64,000 nucleotides of DNA from Vulcanimicrobiota bacterium (GCA_019637395.1 JAHBVR010000002.1:69495-133494), one strand, 5' to 3'. Positions 36,301 to 47,092 are shown, counted from the stretch's first letter. Notes: generated by a model not told the origin, from the letters alone. Program-made: numbers and translations.

Positions 36301-39300
36301 CTCGGCCAAAGCGGTGGAGATTCTGGTGGAGGCGTTGGGAACTCAGCACGAGGCCACCGATCCGGTCATGCTCAGACTGGCCAAGCTCTACCTGCAGGCC
36401 GCCCGCTATAAAGAAGCCGAGGCTTGCTTCAAGCGGGTGCTGGACCAGCGCACCCAGCGCCTGGGCGGCGACGACCCTGGTGTGGCTCTGGTCTGGCTGG
36501 AACTGGCCGAACTCCAATTGGCCCAGAACCGCCAGGTGCTGGCCGAAACCTTGGGCAAAAAGGCCCTGGATCTGATTCAGCGACGCTTTGGTGAAGAGCA
36601 TGTGCAACTGCGTCCAGCTCTGGAATTCCTGGCCCGGCACGCCTCCCACCACGGCAACGAATCTCAGGTTGCGGCCTATGAGCAGCGACTGGCCGCTCTG
36701 GTGGAGCCGTCCCTCGAGGATACTCCCTCAACCACCACCTCGCCGGTCGTGGCCGTTCCCTTACCCGACACCGAAGGGCAGGCGACCGTCACGCCGGAGT
36801 CAGGCCCTTCTGAGGTCGAAGGAGAGACCGTTCCTGCAGAAGATGAGCCGTCCGTGGAGCCACCTTCCATTGAGGCGGAGGCTGTCCACCTCGAGACGCC
36901 GGCGCCTACCGAAAGGGACGCGCCCGCCGAGGCGGTTGTTGAAGTGGCCGTGCCTGACGAGGCTGCCGGCCTGGTCGAGGATGTGCCTTCGGTTTCGGAA
37001 GCCATCGAGGAATCTGGGGCAGAGCCGGCGACCGCGGTCATGGCCGAGGCTGTTACCGAAACGGTTGCTGAAGCGGCGGTGGAACCCGTGGTTGCCGAGG
37101 CACCTGAGGTGGTGCCGGTGGTGCCTGAGCCGGAGCCGGAACCGCTCAGTCCGGAGGAACAGGCGGCCAGGGCGGCGCTCGAAAAGAACTGGGTTTATGT
37201 CAGGGAGTTGTTGACGCCGCTGGTCGCCGCGCGCAGCGGAGTGGACCTGGCCGAGATATTGCGCCGTCTGTCCCTGGCCGAGCGCCACCTGGGCAATCGC
37301 ACTCAGGCCGAGCGGCTGCTCTTGCAATCGATTACCTTGTGGTCTCAGGAATACGGTGAGAACCATCCGGAACTGGCCGAAAGCATGGGAGACCTGGCCG
37401 AGGTCAGTTTCGAGATGGGTAAGTTGGAGCAGGCGGAAGGCTTGCTGCGCCGGGCCACCGAGATTCAGGTTCGCCTGCACGGCACCGACCATGCCGCGAT
37501 GATTCCCTGGCTGTTGCGCCTGGGCCGGATCTATTTGCCCCACAAGGCCAGCCAGGCCCTGCCGCCGCTGCAACGGGCCCTGGGCTTGGCCCAGAGCCGC
37601 CTCAACGCTCAGGATCCGGTGCAGGCGGAGATTCTCTGGTCTCTGGCTCTGGCCCAAGAGCAGGCGGGTGACTTTGAGGAAGCCACGGTTCTCCTGCGCC
37701 GACGCCTGAGTTTTCCGGATGGCGAAGAAGCCCTCGAAGTCCAACTGAAGCTCGCCCAAATGCTGCTGCGGGCTGGACAAATCGAGGCGGCCACGCAGAT
37801 TCTGCATAAGTTGGAAGTGCACTTGCCGGTTCCCGGTCCCGAGATTGAGGAACAGGTAAAGGCGCTGGTGGGCAACATTCTGGTCTTGGAAGACCGCCTC
37901 GAGGAAGCCGAGCCGCGTTTGCTGGAGGCCCTGCAGATGCGCAGCCAGCGTCTCAGCACGCAGCATCCGGATTTGCGCCCCATCCTGTTCAATCTGGCCA
38001 AACTCTATAGCGCCCGCGAAGCTTACCAGCAGGTGGCTATTTTCGCCCAGCAGGCCCTGGAGTTAACCCCCGAAAGCGAGACCGAGACCAGGCTGCAGCT
38101 CTATTCTCAGTTGGCGCCCGCCCTGATGCACTTGGACCGGCACTCGGAAGCGGAGGTTCTGTATCGCACCTGGGCGGATTTGATCGTGGCCCAACAGGGG
38201 GAAAATCATCCGGCCCAACTGCCGGCCCTGCAAGCCCTTTCCAAGCTGCTGCAGCGCCGCGGCGACTCGATGGCGGCCCAAGAAATGCGCGAGCAGGCCT
38301 GGCAGATCCTCAGCCAGAGCCCGCAGGTCTCGGAAGCCGAGTTTCTGTTGCCTTTGGAGGACCTGGCCCGCGGCGCCATCGAGCAGGCTGCTTGGGATAA
38401 GGCTGAAGCCTGGCTCCGCCGCGCCTACGCCATCGCGGAGAAACAGGATGGACTGGCGGCGGCGCGCCTGGCTTATGCTCTGGGCGAAGTCTTCCGCTCG
38501 ACCGGCCGCCTGGCCGAAGCCGAGACCGCCATTCGCCGCTCGCTGGAATTCCGCCAGACGGCGCTGGGGGCCGAGCATGTGGAAACGCTCCGGTCCCTGC
38601 AGTCCCTGGCCGAGGTTTACTCGGCCCAGAATCGGTTTGAAGCTGCTCAATCAATGCTCAGCCGCTGTTTGGATGCGGGTAAGCAGACGTTGGGCGATCA
38701 GCATCCCGACCTGGCGGGTTTTCATCGCGCCCTGGGCGTACTCTGGTCCCACACCGGCCGGATGGACGAAGCCGAGAAGTCCTTGTTGGAGGCGCTCGCT
38801 CTGGTCGAGAATCTCTCCCCGCCCCATCCCGAACTGGTGCCTACCTTGGAAGCGCTCGGCCAATACTATCAACGCCTCGACCAGTTGGCCCAGGCCGCTC
38901 CCTTTTACAGTCGGGCTCTGGATTCAATGGAGCAGTCGTTGGGACCAAGCCATCTGGCCGTGGCCGATTCTCTGTTACAACTGGGCGAGTTACAGCAGCG
39001 TCAGGGGAATTTCGAGGAAGCCGAGAAGCTCTATCGCCGCTGTCTGGAGATTCGCAGTCAGAAACTGGCGGCGCAAAGCCCTCGTCTGGCTCAGGTCCGC
39101 CAGGTTCTGGCCCAACTGCTGCAAAAGCAGGGGCATACGGCTGCCGCCCGCGAGTTGTTCGAGCAGGCTCTGGCCGCTCTCTGGTCGGAACAAGGCGGTG
39201 AGAGTTCGCAGGTGGCGGAATGCCTCGAAGGTCTTGGGCTGCTGGAGTTGCAGCAGTCCCTTTATGCCGAATCGGAAGCTCGCCTGCAAAAGGCTCTGAC

Positions 39301-40588
39301 CATCCGGGAGAAGGAACCGGCTGACCGCCAGGGCCCCACCATGAATACCCACCAATTGCTGGCCCGCGTCTTTCTGGAAAGCCGCCGGCCCGAGATGGCC
39401 GAGCGCTCTCTGAAGCGAGCTCTGGAGATCGCCCAGAAAGCCTTCGGAGGAGACCGTCCTGAAGTAGCGGCCTGTCTCGAGCAGTTGGGTGGATTGTATT
39501 TGAGTCAGGGACGCTATGTGGCGGCCGAAGCCCTGTTTGATCGCGCCCTGGAAATACGCGACCGGAGCCAGCAGCCGCAGCATCCCGATTCGGGCTTTTG
39601 TTTGCTGGGTCTGGCTCAGATTTATCTGGCCCAGAATCAATTGACACAGGCCTGGCAAACGGCCGAGACGGCCAAGAAAATTTACGACGCGCTGCCCCAG
39701 CAGCCTAACCTGGATGGTGCCCAGGCTCTGTATCTGATGGCCGAAACGCTGCGCCTGCAGGGGCGCTTCAAGGAGTCCGAGGCGCTTTATCAGCGCTGCC
39801 TGGAGATTCGCAACAAGTTGTTGGGCAATGACCACCCCGAAGTGCAGCGCGGTTTGCACGGTCTGGGTGTGTCGCTGATGGATCAGGGCAAAGCTCCCCA
39901 GGCCGAGCGCATTTTTACCCACGCTCTGAGACTGCTGGAGGCCAAGTTGGGCAACGATCACCCCGATCTGGCCAACAGTCTGCACAGTTTGGGACTATTG
40001 CATCGCAGCCAGGGTCGCGGCGCCACCGCTGAACTGCATCTGAAACGAGCTTTGGAACTGCGCACCAAGGGATTGGGTAACGAGCACCCGGATCTGGCGG
40101 CCAGCTTGCAGGCCATGGCTCAGTTACATTTGGATCAGCGCAACGACCAGGCGGCTGAGGCGTTATTGAAACAGGCCTTGAGCATTCGAGAGAAGGCTTT
40201 GCGCGCCGATCACCCGGCTCTGTCCGCGCTGTTGCTCTTGCTGGCCGGTCTTTACAAATCGCAGGAGCGCTTTTCCGAGGCCGAGCCCCGCTTGAAGCGC
40301 GTGCTCGATCAGCGCGAAAAGTTGCTGGGCACCCATCACCCGGATACTGCCGCCATCCTTCAGGAACTGGGCGAACTCTATCTACTGAACGGCCAGCAAC
40401 AGCAGGCGGAAACCTTGCTCAAACGGGCCCTGGATATTTATGAAAAACGCCTGGGCCAGGAACATCCTACGATTTTGCCGTGCCTGCATCTGCTCTGGAA
40501 GGCTTACGACGCCCAAAAACGCACCCAGGAAGCGGCCGGCATCCGCTCGCGCATCCAACTCCTCGAAGTTACTCGCCCTGCTGGTTAA
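33353..40588 (+). CDS. Giant tetratricopeptide-repeat protein (2411 aa; KLC/TPR_12-type repeats throughout, central acidic P/E/V/A-rich linker)
   Basis: Dozens of LG..HP..A..L..LA.LY...GR..EAE.L..RAL.I.E..LG units. No Walker A or other enzymatic motif seen. Low-complexity segment at roughly 36700-37160. Confidence 0.85.
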   Translation: MILWETYFESAQQALAEGDDAKAAELFASAFEEVESESVRDDRWLRTLLGWSKSLTRQGNYDQATEVLQVDPAELAACPADLQLDLQATLAQLQQAKGDSAAELNSWANWYGALNGASEARLPHLRRAVQLAQELQADWMSGARELLYSWSVELLGPDHPETLAAAQHQLDSYLAEKDWARAEPLLRAQLALNEKDRSAWLKTQGLLALALRSQGKAEAAWLAYREILRAQPLEHEEHLEVLRWAYEEAQGEQAQEVALDYLIRLTQPLPGHLDLYDYVMVLAEPADQLRLQQARLGWAEALQTSLEIQLDWTHELALALEAQGQPDQANFFWDRILLEGLPKKALADAHLRAARKAAAQGQPAGDHYRAGLMGRLEQSQWEECWLEDALHWARLEFEQNNQVTALAILTPLLGQLEKRSLEGTAPYCEALFMRARLAYAQEQPTGQADLEQAFELWQAVEQPADLGVKISTFAVEQSIAARQQTDYQRWAARLEKLGVEPPPFERGFDEEAMQALHHSGEWVRLEQELREVLPKLGAESPEEHFVAYLWLAESLEQQGRWEEALEFRQQSQPTLVERLGAAHALVLRGQMQLGQCLNALSRFAEGERVLAQSVRAHEKALGADSLAVGRVLLALAESFRLQGKDNLMEAVSGRAVGLLEKHLPVGHPDRLQAKRDLVQWMMDQGRFGEARQQLQFMEQEEVQAFGADHPELAVTLSQWASLETAEGDYAAAEVHYRRSLDLFERGLGDAHPNVAATLNNLGQNLYRQAHYAKAASVLERALQIFDAHDAGRVSTMVNLGLVWQAQQEHAKAQQWLEEALRLSQEWLGEDDLEAAFCCFTLAEVLAHQGQMAEARQFAQRALDIRERRLGALHPETSTSQAQVSNLLMRDGREADAIPLVEGSLKIQAQALGEDHPELIPTYSTLGRLYMADQQWDKAEETLLKAIGLIHRSTAQVSAELAQRVAELGELRASQGDLEQAIGFSAKAVEILVEALGTQHEATDPVMLRLAKLYLQAARYKEAEACFKRVLDQRTQRLGGDDPGVALVWLELAELQLAQNRQVLAETLGKKALDLIQRRFGEEHVQLRPALEFLARHASHHGNESQVAAYEQRLAALVEPSLEDTPSTTTSPVVAVPLPDTEGQATVTPESGPSEVEGETVPAEDEPSVEPPSIEAEAVHLETPAPTERDAPAEAVVEVAVPDEAAGLVEDVPSVSEAIEESGAEPATAVMAEAVTETVAEAAVEPVVAEAPEVVPVVPEPEPEPLSPEEQAARAALEKNWVYVRELLTPLVAARSGVDLAEILRRLSLAERHLGNRTQAERLLLQSITLWSQEYGENHPELAESMGDLAEVSFEMGKLEQAEGLLRRATEIQVRLHGTDHAAMIPWLLRLGRIYLPHKASQALPPLQRALGLAQSRLNAQDPVQAEILWSLALAQEQAGDFEEATVLLRRRLSFPDGEEALEVQLKLAQMLLRAGQIEAATQILHKLEVHLPVPGPEIEEQVKALVGNILVLEDRLEEAEPRLLEALQMRSQRLSTQHPDLRPILFNLAKLYSAREAYQQVAIFAQQALELTPESETETRLQLYSQLAPALMHLDRHSEAEVLYRTWADLIVAQQGENHPAQLPALQALSKLLQRRGDSMAAQEMREQAWQILSQSPQVSEAEFLLPLEDLARGAIEQAAWDKAEAWLRRAYAIAEKQDGLAAARLAYALGEVFRSTGRLAEAETAIRRSLEFRQTALGAEHVETLRSLQSLAEVYSAQNRFEAAQSMLSRCLDAGKQTLGDQHPDLAGFHRALGVLWSHTGRMDEAEKSLLEALALVENLSPPHPELVPTLEALGQYYQRLDQLAQAAPFYSRALDSMEQSLGPSHLAVADSLLQLGELQQRQGNFEEAEKLYRRCLEIRSQKLAAQSPRLAQVRQVLAQLLQKQGHTAAARELFEQALAALWSEQGGESSQVAECLEGLGLLELQQSLYAESEARLQKALTIREKEPADRQGPTMNTHQLLARVFLESRRPEMAERSLKRALEIAQKAFGGDRPEVAACLEQLGGLYLSQGRYVAAEALFDRALEIRDRSQQPQHPDSGFCLLGLAQIYLAQNQLTQAWQTAETAKKIYDALPQQPNLDGAQALYLMAETLRLQGRFKESEALYQRCLEIRNKLLGNDHPEVQRGLHGLGVSLMDQGKAPQAERIFTHALRLLEAKLGNDHPDLANSLHSLGLLHRSQGRGATAELHLKRALELRTKGLGNEHPDLAASLQAMAQLHLDQRNDQAAEALLKQALSIREKALRADHPALSALLLLLAGLYKSQERFSEAEPRLKRVLDQREKLLGTHHPDTAAILQELGELYLLNGQQQQAETLLKRALDIYEKRLGQEHPTILPCLHLLWKAYDAQKRTQEAAGIRSRIQLLEVTRPAG

Positions 40589-41312
40589 TCCGCTCGTAAT
40601 TTCGCAAATGGCGGATGATGCCGAGCAGGAAGTTTACTTCGAAGACTTCTAAGCGGGAGCGATGCAGAATATCGTTGATTTTCCGCAGTTCCTCGTCCAG
40701 GGTGGCATCGTGGCTGGGGTAACCATGATCCGATAGATAGCGGGAGATTTCTCCCAGGGCGCCTTGCAGAAGTTTGGGTTCGGCCCAGCGATTGGGTTTA
40801 CTGCCCAGGTCCGTGTCCCGGTAGCGTCCCAGCAGCTCGTAGAGCATGAGCGTGACGGCGTGGGCCAGGTTGAGTGAGGAGTGAACCGGGTCGGTGGGAA
40901 TCTTCACGCGCCAATGGCAGATGGCGATGTCGGCGTTATCCAGCCCGCTTTCTTCGTTGCCGAAGACCAGGGCCAGCCGGCCGAGCTGGAAGCGCGGGAT
41001 GACGGTGTCGCTCAAGCCGGCCGGAGTGACCAGGCGATGGCGCCGTTTTCCGGACTTCCCCGTCAGGGCCACCGAGAGGTCGATGCCGACCAGGGCTTCC
41101 GGCAATGTCTCGGCGTATTGGATTCTATCCAACCAGGCGGCGGCGTGGGTGGCCCAGTTTTGCGATTGCTGGGAGGGGCGGCGTTGCGGTCGCACCAGCC
41201 ACCAATCGGTGACTCCGAAGCAGGCCAGCGAGCGCGCCACCGCGCCGATATTGGCTTCGCCCATCGTTTCCACCAGGATGACGCGGACCTGGTCAGGTTT
41301 GAGGAGGTTCAT
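40569..41312 (-). CDS. SpoU/TrmH-family RNA 2'-O-methyltransferase (TrmJ-like)
   Basis: VILVETMGEANIGAVARSLACFG, LVFGNEESGL, RVKIP and SLNLAHAV motifs. Confidence 0.75.
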   Translation of the reverse strand: MNLLKPDQVRVILVETMGEANIGAVARSLACFGVTDWWLVRPQRRPSQQSQNWATHAAAWLDRIQYAETLPEALVGIDLSVALTGKSGKRRHRLVTPAGLSDTVIPRFQLGRLALVFGNEESGLDNADIAICHWRVKIPTDPVHSSLNLAHAVTLMLYELLGRYRDTDLGSKPNRWAEPKLLQGALGEISRYLSDHGYPSHDATLDEELRKINDILHRSRLEVFEVNFLLGIIRHLRNYERINQQGE

Positions 41313-41613
41313 CGGGAGGAGGTTCGTCGCCCTGGACCACTTCTTGAAGTTGCTTCTCCAGGCTCACGATCTGCTGCTGAAATTCGCGCACCGATTCCAC
41401 CGAGTCTTTCAGTTCCTCGGGAGAGAACGTGTCCATATCAAACATGACGCAGACGCGCTCAGCCAGCGTGATCAGAGCCTGGTGTTTGTCTTCCTTGGCC
41501 TTGCTGAGCTGGTTTTGCAATTTGGTCCTGTCGACCGTCTCCTTAGCCTTCTTCTGCAAGAAATCCAGGCCCATTTTGAACGACTTTTTGGCTTTCTGGC
41601 TGAACTCTTCCAT
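41293..41613 (-). CDS. Hypothetical Lys/Glu-rich coiled-coil protein (106 aa)
   Basis: ORF in a locally lower-GC stretch; heptad-like composition; Pro/Glu C-terminal tail. Overlaps the trmJ-like start by 20 bp. Confidence 0.4.
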   Translation of the reverse strand: MEEFSQKAKKSFKMGLDFLQKKAKETVDRTKLQNQLSKAKEDKHQALITLAERVCVMFDMDTFSPEELKDSVESVREFQQQIVSLEKQLQEVVQGDEPPPDEPPQT

Positions 41614-41635
41614 TGCTCCGCCCTCCCTCTCCTGA

Positions 41636-42175
41636 TTGTTTCAGGGGGGCGTTCCGCCGCTCCCCCTGGAACCACCCACGGTAGAAGGGTTCCCCATCCG
41701 CAATCCAAAAGCCCTGCTGGTGTCGGCTCGAATCTGGTTCAATACGCGCGTGCTGTGTTGTGAAGAAGATCCCGTCCTGGCTGCCTCCTTGACGGCGGCC
41801 AAAGCTCGCGTGACCTTCGCTCCTCTGATCGGGGCGGAGGAAGGGGCCTGGAAAGTGCGCACCGGCGACTGGGCCAATCCCGATTACCCCTTTGCTCTGG
41901 TGGAAGGGCATGAAGTGGTGTTGCTGCGCTGGCCGGCCGGACCGCATCCGGCTGAGCGAGTGCGCTGGTGGCTCAGCGCCTGTCTCTATTTAGCCGAGTC
42001 GGCCCGACGTTCGCGAGTGCGGGCTCTGGGTTTGCAGACCTGCCCTCAAGCCGAGCCACTGTTGCTGCATTCCGGCCGCTTCCTGGAGGAATATTTTCGC
42101 CAGCTGCCTGTACCGGTTTTCTGTACTCATGATCATCTTTTGGCCGAGGTGGAGGCCGGACTTGCTGGTGCTTAG
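41636..42175 (+). CDS. Hypothetical protein
   Basis: ORF with coding-like codon usage upstream of tsaE. True start uncertain. Confidence 0.3.
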   Translation: MFQGGVPPLPLEPPTVEGFPIRNPKALLVSARIWFNTRVLCCEEDPVLAASLTAAKARVTFAPLIGAEEGAWKVRTGDWANPDYPFALVEGHEVVLLRWPAGPHPAERVRWWLSACLYLAESARRSRVRALGLQTCPQAEPLLLHSGRFLEEYFRQLPVPVFCTHDHLLAEVEAGLAGA

Positions 42176-42617
42176 CTCCGGACCCGCGCGCACCGAGGAA
42201 CTGGCCGGCCAACTGGCCCAACTGCTGCAACCGGGCGATGTGATCACCCTGGAAGCACCGCTGGGCGGCGGCAAAACCACCTTCGTGCGCGGCCTGGCGG
42301 CCGGCCTGGGAGTTCCTGAAGACGAGGTTTCCAGCCCGACCTTCGTGATCTGGCAGATCTATGAAGGACGGCTGCGCCTGCACCACCTGGACGCCTATCG
42401 CTTGCGTTCAGCCGAAGAACTGGAGGAAATCGGCCTCTCGGAGGCTCTGGGCGGCCAGGACGTGATGGTGCTGGAATGGCCGGGCGTGGCGGAACCCTTG
42501 TTGCCGGCCGATCGCCTGCAGGTGCGCATCGAGTACGGCACCGGTGAGGAAGAGCGGACTCTGGAGCTGGAAGGACGGGGAAACTGGCGGCCCCGATTGG
42601 AGCAATGGAAACCGTGA
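42129..42617 (+). CDS. tsaE: tRNA t6A biosynthesis ATPase TsaE (YjeE)
   Basis: P-loop LEAPLGGGKTTFVRGL and SPTF motifs. Confidence 0.8.
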   Translation: MIIFWPRWRPDLLVLSSGPARTEELAGQLAQLLQPGDVITLEAPLGGGKTTFVRGLAAGLGVPEDEVSSPTFVIWQIYEGRLRLHHLDAYRLRSAEELEEIGLSEALGGQDVMVLEWPGVAEPLLPADRLQVRIEYGTGEEERTLELEGRGNWRPRLEQWKP

Positions 42618-43279
42618 AGCCCTGGCTATCCTTGGATTCCACCGGCGAGAGCTACTCACTGGCTTTGTGGAGGGGCCCGCAGTTGTTGGCCGAGTGTAGC
42701 GGCGGGCAACCGCGCCAGCACCTGGTGCAGATTTTTCCCGCTCTGGATCTGCTCTGCCGGCAGTCGGGCTTAAAGCCGGGCGAGCTGCGGGCGGTGGCGG
42801 TGACCGGCGGTCCGGGCTCTTTCACCGGGGTGCGCACCGGCCTGCTGCTGGCCAAAACCCTGGCCCAGGCCGACGACCTGCCGGTGTATCCGGTCGATAC
42901 TCTGGAGGCGTTGGCGGCCAACGCGGTGGAAGGAGATTCGGTGGTGGCCGGGCTGGATGCGCGCAAAGGCGAGATCATCTGGGCGCGCTATCGAGTGCGC
43001 CAGGGGTTGCCCAGCCTGCTGGAACCAGCTCGTCTGAGCAGCCCTCAGGAATTTTTAGATTCGATTCCCGCCGGTAGCCTGGTCCTGGGCAGCGCCTGCC
43101 AGGCGGCCCTCCCGGGCGGCGAAGAGGTGCGTGTTCTGCCAGCCGATCTGTGGAGAGTGCGGGCTGTTTCGGTCGGGCGCGTGGCCTGGCCGCGCCTGCA
43201 AGCAGGGGCCGGCACCAGTTGGCCGCAACTGCGGCCGGACTATGTGCGTCCGGCCGATGTGCAGGTGCATCGCGGGTGA
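42605..43279 (+). CDS. tsaB: tRNA t6A biosynthesis protein TsaB (YeaZ)
   Basis: LSLDSTGE..SLAL and GPGSFTGVRTG motifs of the inactive Kae1 paralog. Confidence 0.8.
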   Translation: METVKPWLSLDSTGESYSLALWRGPQLLAECSGGQPRQHLVQIFPALDLLCRQSGLKPGELRAVAVTGGPGSFTGVRTGLLLAKTLAQADDLPVYPVDTLEALAANAVEGDSVVAGLDARKGEIIWARYRVRQGLPSLLEPARLSSPQEFLDSIPAGSLVLGSACQAALPGGEEVRVLPADLWRVRAVSVGRVAWPRLQAGAGTSWPQLRPDYVRPADVQVHRG

Positions 43280-43782
43280 ACTTCGTGGTCCAACTGATGA
43301 CCGTGGCCGACATACCGGAAGTGCGCGCCATGGAACTGGAATCTTTCGCAACGGGATGGCAAGAATCGGCTTTCAACAACGAATTGACCCAGAACCCCAC
43401 CGCTCACTATCTGGTCATGCGCGGGGAAGACGAAAAACTGGTCGGCTACGCGGGTTTCTGGCTGGTGAAAGATGAGGCCCACGTCACGTCTATCGCCATC
43501 CGCCCGGGCTACCGCGGCCAGCAACTGGGAAAACGCTTGATGCACGCCATGGTCAGCCGGGCGGCGCAGCACGGAGCCTCGTGGATTACGCTGGAGGTGC
43601 GCGCCGACAATCCGGCTGCCCAGAGCATGTATAAGCGTTTTGGCTTCGCCCGCGTGGGCATTCGGCCCAAATATTATGATGGAACGGTGGACGCCTGGAT
43701 CATGTGGGCTGGCGACCTGCATTCAGAAAGCTATCGGGAAAGGCTCCGTTCCTTGGACACACGAAGGGATCAGCATGCCTGA
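43276..43782 (+). CDS. rimI: Ribosomal-protein-alanine N-acetyltransferase (GNAT)
   Basis: GTGA overlap with the tsaB stop. GNAT motif IAIRPGYRGQQLGKRLMHAMV. Confidence 0.75.
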   Translation: MNFVVQLMTVADIPEVRAMELESFATGWQESAFNNELTQNPTAHYLVMRGEDEKLVGYAGFWLVKDEAHVTSIAIRPGYRGQQLGKRLMHAMVSRAAQHGASWITLEVRADNPAAQSMYKRFGFARVGIRPKYYDGTVDAWIMWAGDLHSESYRERLRSLDTRRDQHA

Positions 43783-44808
43783 GTCCGAGTTCCAGCGCCA
43801 GCAGCCCTTCGAGCCCGGGCTCTTGTTGGCTTTGGAGACCAGTTGCGACGAGACCTCGGTGGCGTTATTAAAGGATGGGCGCCAGGTGCTTTGCAATCGG
43901 GTGGCTTCCCAGGAGGAATTGCATGCCCGGTACGGTGGAGTGGTGCCGGAAATCGCCTGCCGGCGGCATTTTGAAGTGATTCATCCGCTCTTGGAAGAGG
44001 CTTTGGAAACCACCGGCAAAAGGTTTGGCGACCTGGACGCTATCGCCGTCACTCACGGTCCGGGATTGATCGGAGCCGTGCTGGTGGGCGTAACCGTGGC
44101 TAAAACGCTGGCTTTGGCCCTGGACAAGCCATTGTTGCCGGTGAACCATCTGGAAGGCCATCTTTTCAGTCCCCTGCTGGAAAATCCGGAGTTGGAACCA
44201 CCCTGGATCAGCCTGCTGGTGTCCGGCGGCCACACCTGTCTGGTGCTGGTGGAGGATTGGGGAAGCCTGAAGTTGCTGGGAAAGACTCGAGACGACGCGG
44301 CTGGTGAGGCTTTTGACAAGGTGGCCAAGATGCTCCAGCTGGGCTATCCGGGCGGGCCGCGGGTGCAGAAACTGGCCGCCGAGGGCAATCCTGAAGCCAT
44401 TGATCTGCCCCGGCCGATGCGCGGCCAGGGTTACGCCTTCTCCTTTTCCGGTCTGAAGACGGCCGTGCATCGCGCCCGCGAGCAGCATTCTCCCGCCGAC
44501 CTGTGCGCCTCGTTTCAACAGGCGGTGATCGACGTGCTGGTGGAGAAGACTCTCAAGGCAGCGGAAGAGTTTGGAGTGCAACGGGTCAGTCTGGCGGGGG
44601 GCGTGGCCGCCAATCAACCGTTGCGTCAGGCGCTGGAGCAGAACTGCCGGCAACGCGGGTTGTCCTTCTATGTTCCCTCGTTTGAATATTGCACCGACAA
44701 CGGAGCGATGATTGCTATGGCGGGTTATCAAATGGCACGCCTGGGGATCACCGCCACCACCGGGCTGGACGCACACGCCAGCCTTCCCTTGCTAGCCTGG
44801 AGGACCTG

Positions 44809-44809
<1 letters not shown>
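43775..44809 (+). CDS. tsaD: tRNA N6-adenosine threonylcarbamoyltransferase TsaD (Kae1/YgjD)
   Basis: LALETSCDETSVAL, THGPGLIGAVLVG, VNHLEGHL and SGGVAAN motifs. ATG overlaps the rimI stop. Confidence 0.9.
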
Positions 44810-46203
<1,394 letters not shown>

Positions 46204-46208
46204 ACCTG

Positions 46209-46325
46209 ACTCAGTCCGGCAAGTCGGCCCCCCGTGGTAGGTGATACACACCACCCGTGGCGGCACTCCGGCCTCCCGGCTGGCGGACGAAGGTCGTGAC
46301 CGGGTGGTAACATGTCGGCAACAAA
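46209..46325. repeat. REP-like element, copy C, in inverse orientation
   Basis: The reverse complement contains GGAGTGCCGCCACGGGTGGTGTGTATCACCTACCACGGGG...CCGACTTGCC, matching the core at 15780-15850. Confidence 0.65.
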
Positions 46326-46437
46326 CATGTTAACTCGTTCGCTCTGAGATTAACGGCTCGTTCATACTGGACGGGCCGAATTTATCTGGCCTTGCCGGAT
46401 AAAACGTAAACTCATCTCATAAGCAGTCGCGAAAGAG

Positions 46438-46992
46438 GTGAGCAAAATGAGCAAGGTCGCCACGAACCACAAAGCCCACGCCCACAAACCGAGTCACGGC
46501 CACAAACCCAAGCCGAAGCCCGGCGCTCACAAGCCCAACAAGCCGGCGGCCAACATCACCAATTTCAATCAGCAGGCAATGGATCAGCAGATGCTCATCT
46601 GGCAGATGCGGCAGGCCCAGATGATTCAGCAGTTCAACGCCGGGCTGGCCGGTCTCCAGCAGCAGCTACAGCAAGGCGGAGTGCCAAATCCGCAACAGGT
46701 CGCCGCTCAGGCCCAGGCCGAACAGCAGGCTCAGGCCCAACAGGCTGCCTTCACTGCCTATCAGACCCAGGCGATTGCGCAATTTCAGGCCACCGGTGCC
46801 GCCCTTCAGGGGACTTTCTCGGCCAGCATGCAGCAGGGTTTTGGTTCCCTCGAGTCCTCGCTGGGCGGATTTCTCAACCAGGGCTTCTCTCCGGCTCAGT
46901 TCAACGGCGGGGCCTACGCGCTGAGCGCCAGCTCCAGCCTCTTCTCCGGCCCCATCGCCGTGCCCACTTTTTACGGCAACCGCCGTTATTAA
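46438..46992 (+). CDS. Hypothetical low-complexity protein (His/Lys/Pro-rich N-terminus, Gln/Ala-rich core)
   Basis: AGAGGTG RBS precedes the ATG; an AT-richer promoter-like region lies upstream; a strong terminator lies downstream. No signal peptide. Confidence 0.5.
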   Translation: MSKMSKVATNHKAHAHKPSHGHKPKPKPGAHKPNKPAANITNFNQQAMDQQMLIWQMRQAQMIQQFNAGLAGLQQQLQQGGVPNPQQVAAQAQAEQQAQAQQAAFTAYQTQAIAQFQATGAALQGTFSASMQQGFGSLESSLGGFLNQGFSPAQFNGGAYALSASSSLFSGPIAVPTFYGNRRY

Positions 46993-47092
46993 TTCTCGCC
47001 CACCTCGACCGTGGCGGCCCTTCGAAACCGCCCGGGCCGGGCCAACCGGGTCCCCCCAACCGCGGCTGGCCCACCAGCTACTGTAAAAAGGA

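Noticed and set aside
33971-39985. Minus-strand ORFs 33971-35101, 36800-37966 and 38990-39985 inside the TPR giant
   Set aside because: Shadow frames of the 2411-aa TPR gene. The sense frame shows continuous TPR periodicity.
41293-41640. Lower-GC stretch as a horizontally acquired island
   Set aside because: It is only about 350 bp and is explained by the Lys/Glu-rich composition of the small coiled-coil ORF. There are no flanking repeats or mobility genes.
46209-46325. tRNA or small RNA gene in the REP-like copy after the FAD oxidase
   Set aside because: No cloverleaf or conserved T-loop sequence (GTTCGAATC type). Its similarity to the other REP-like copies explains the structure.
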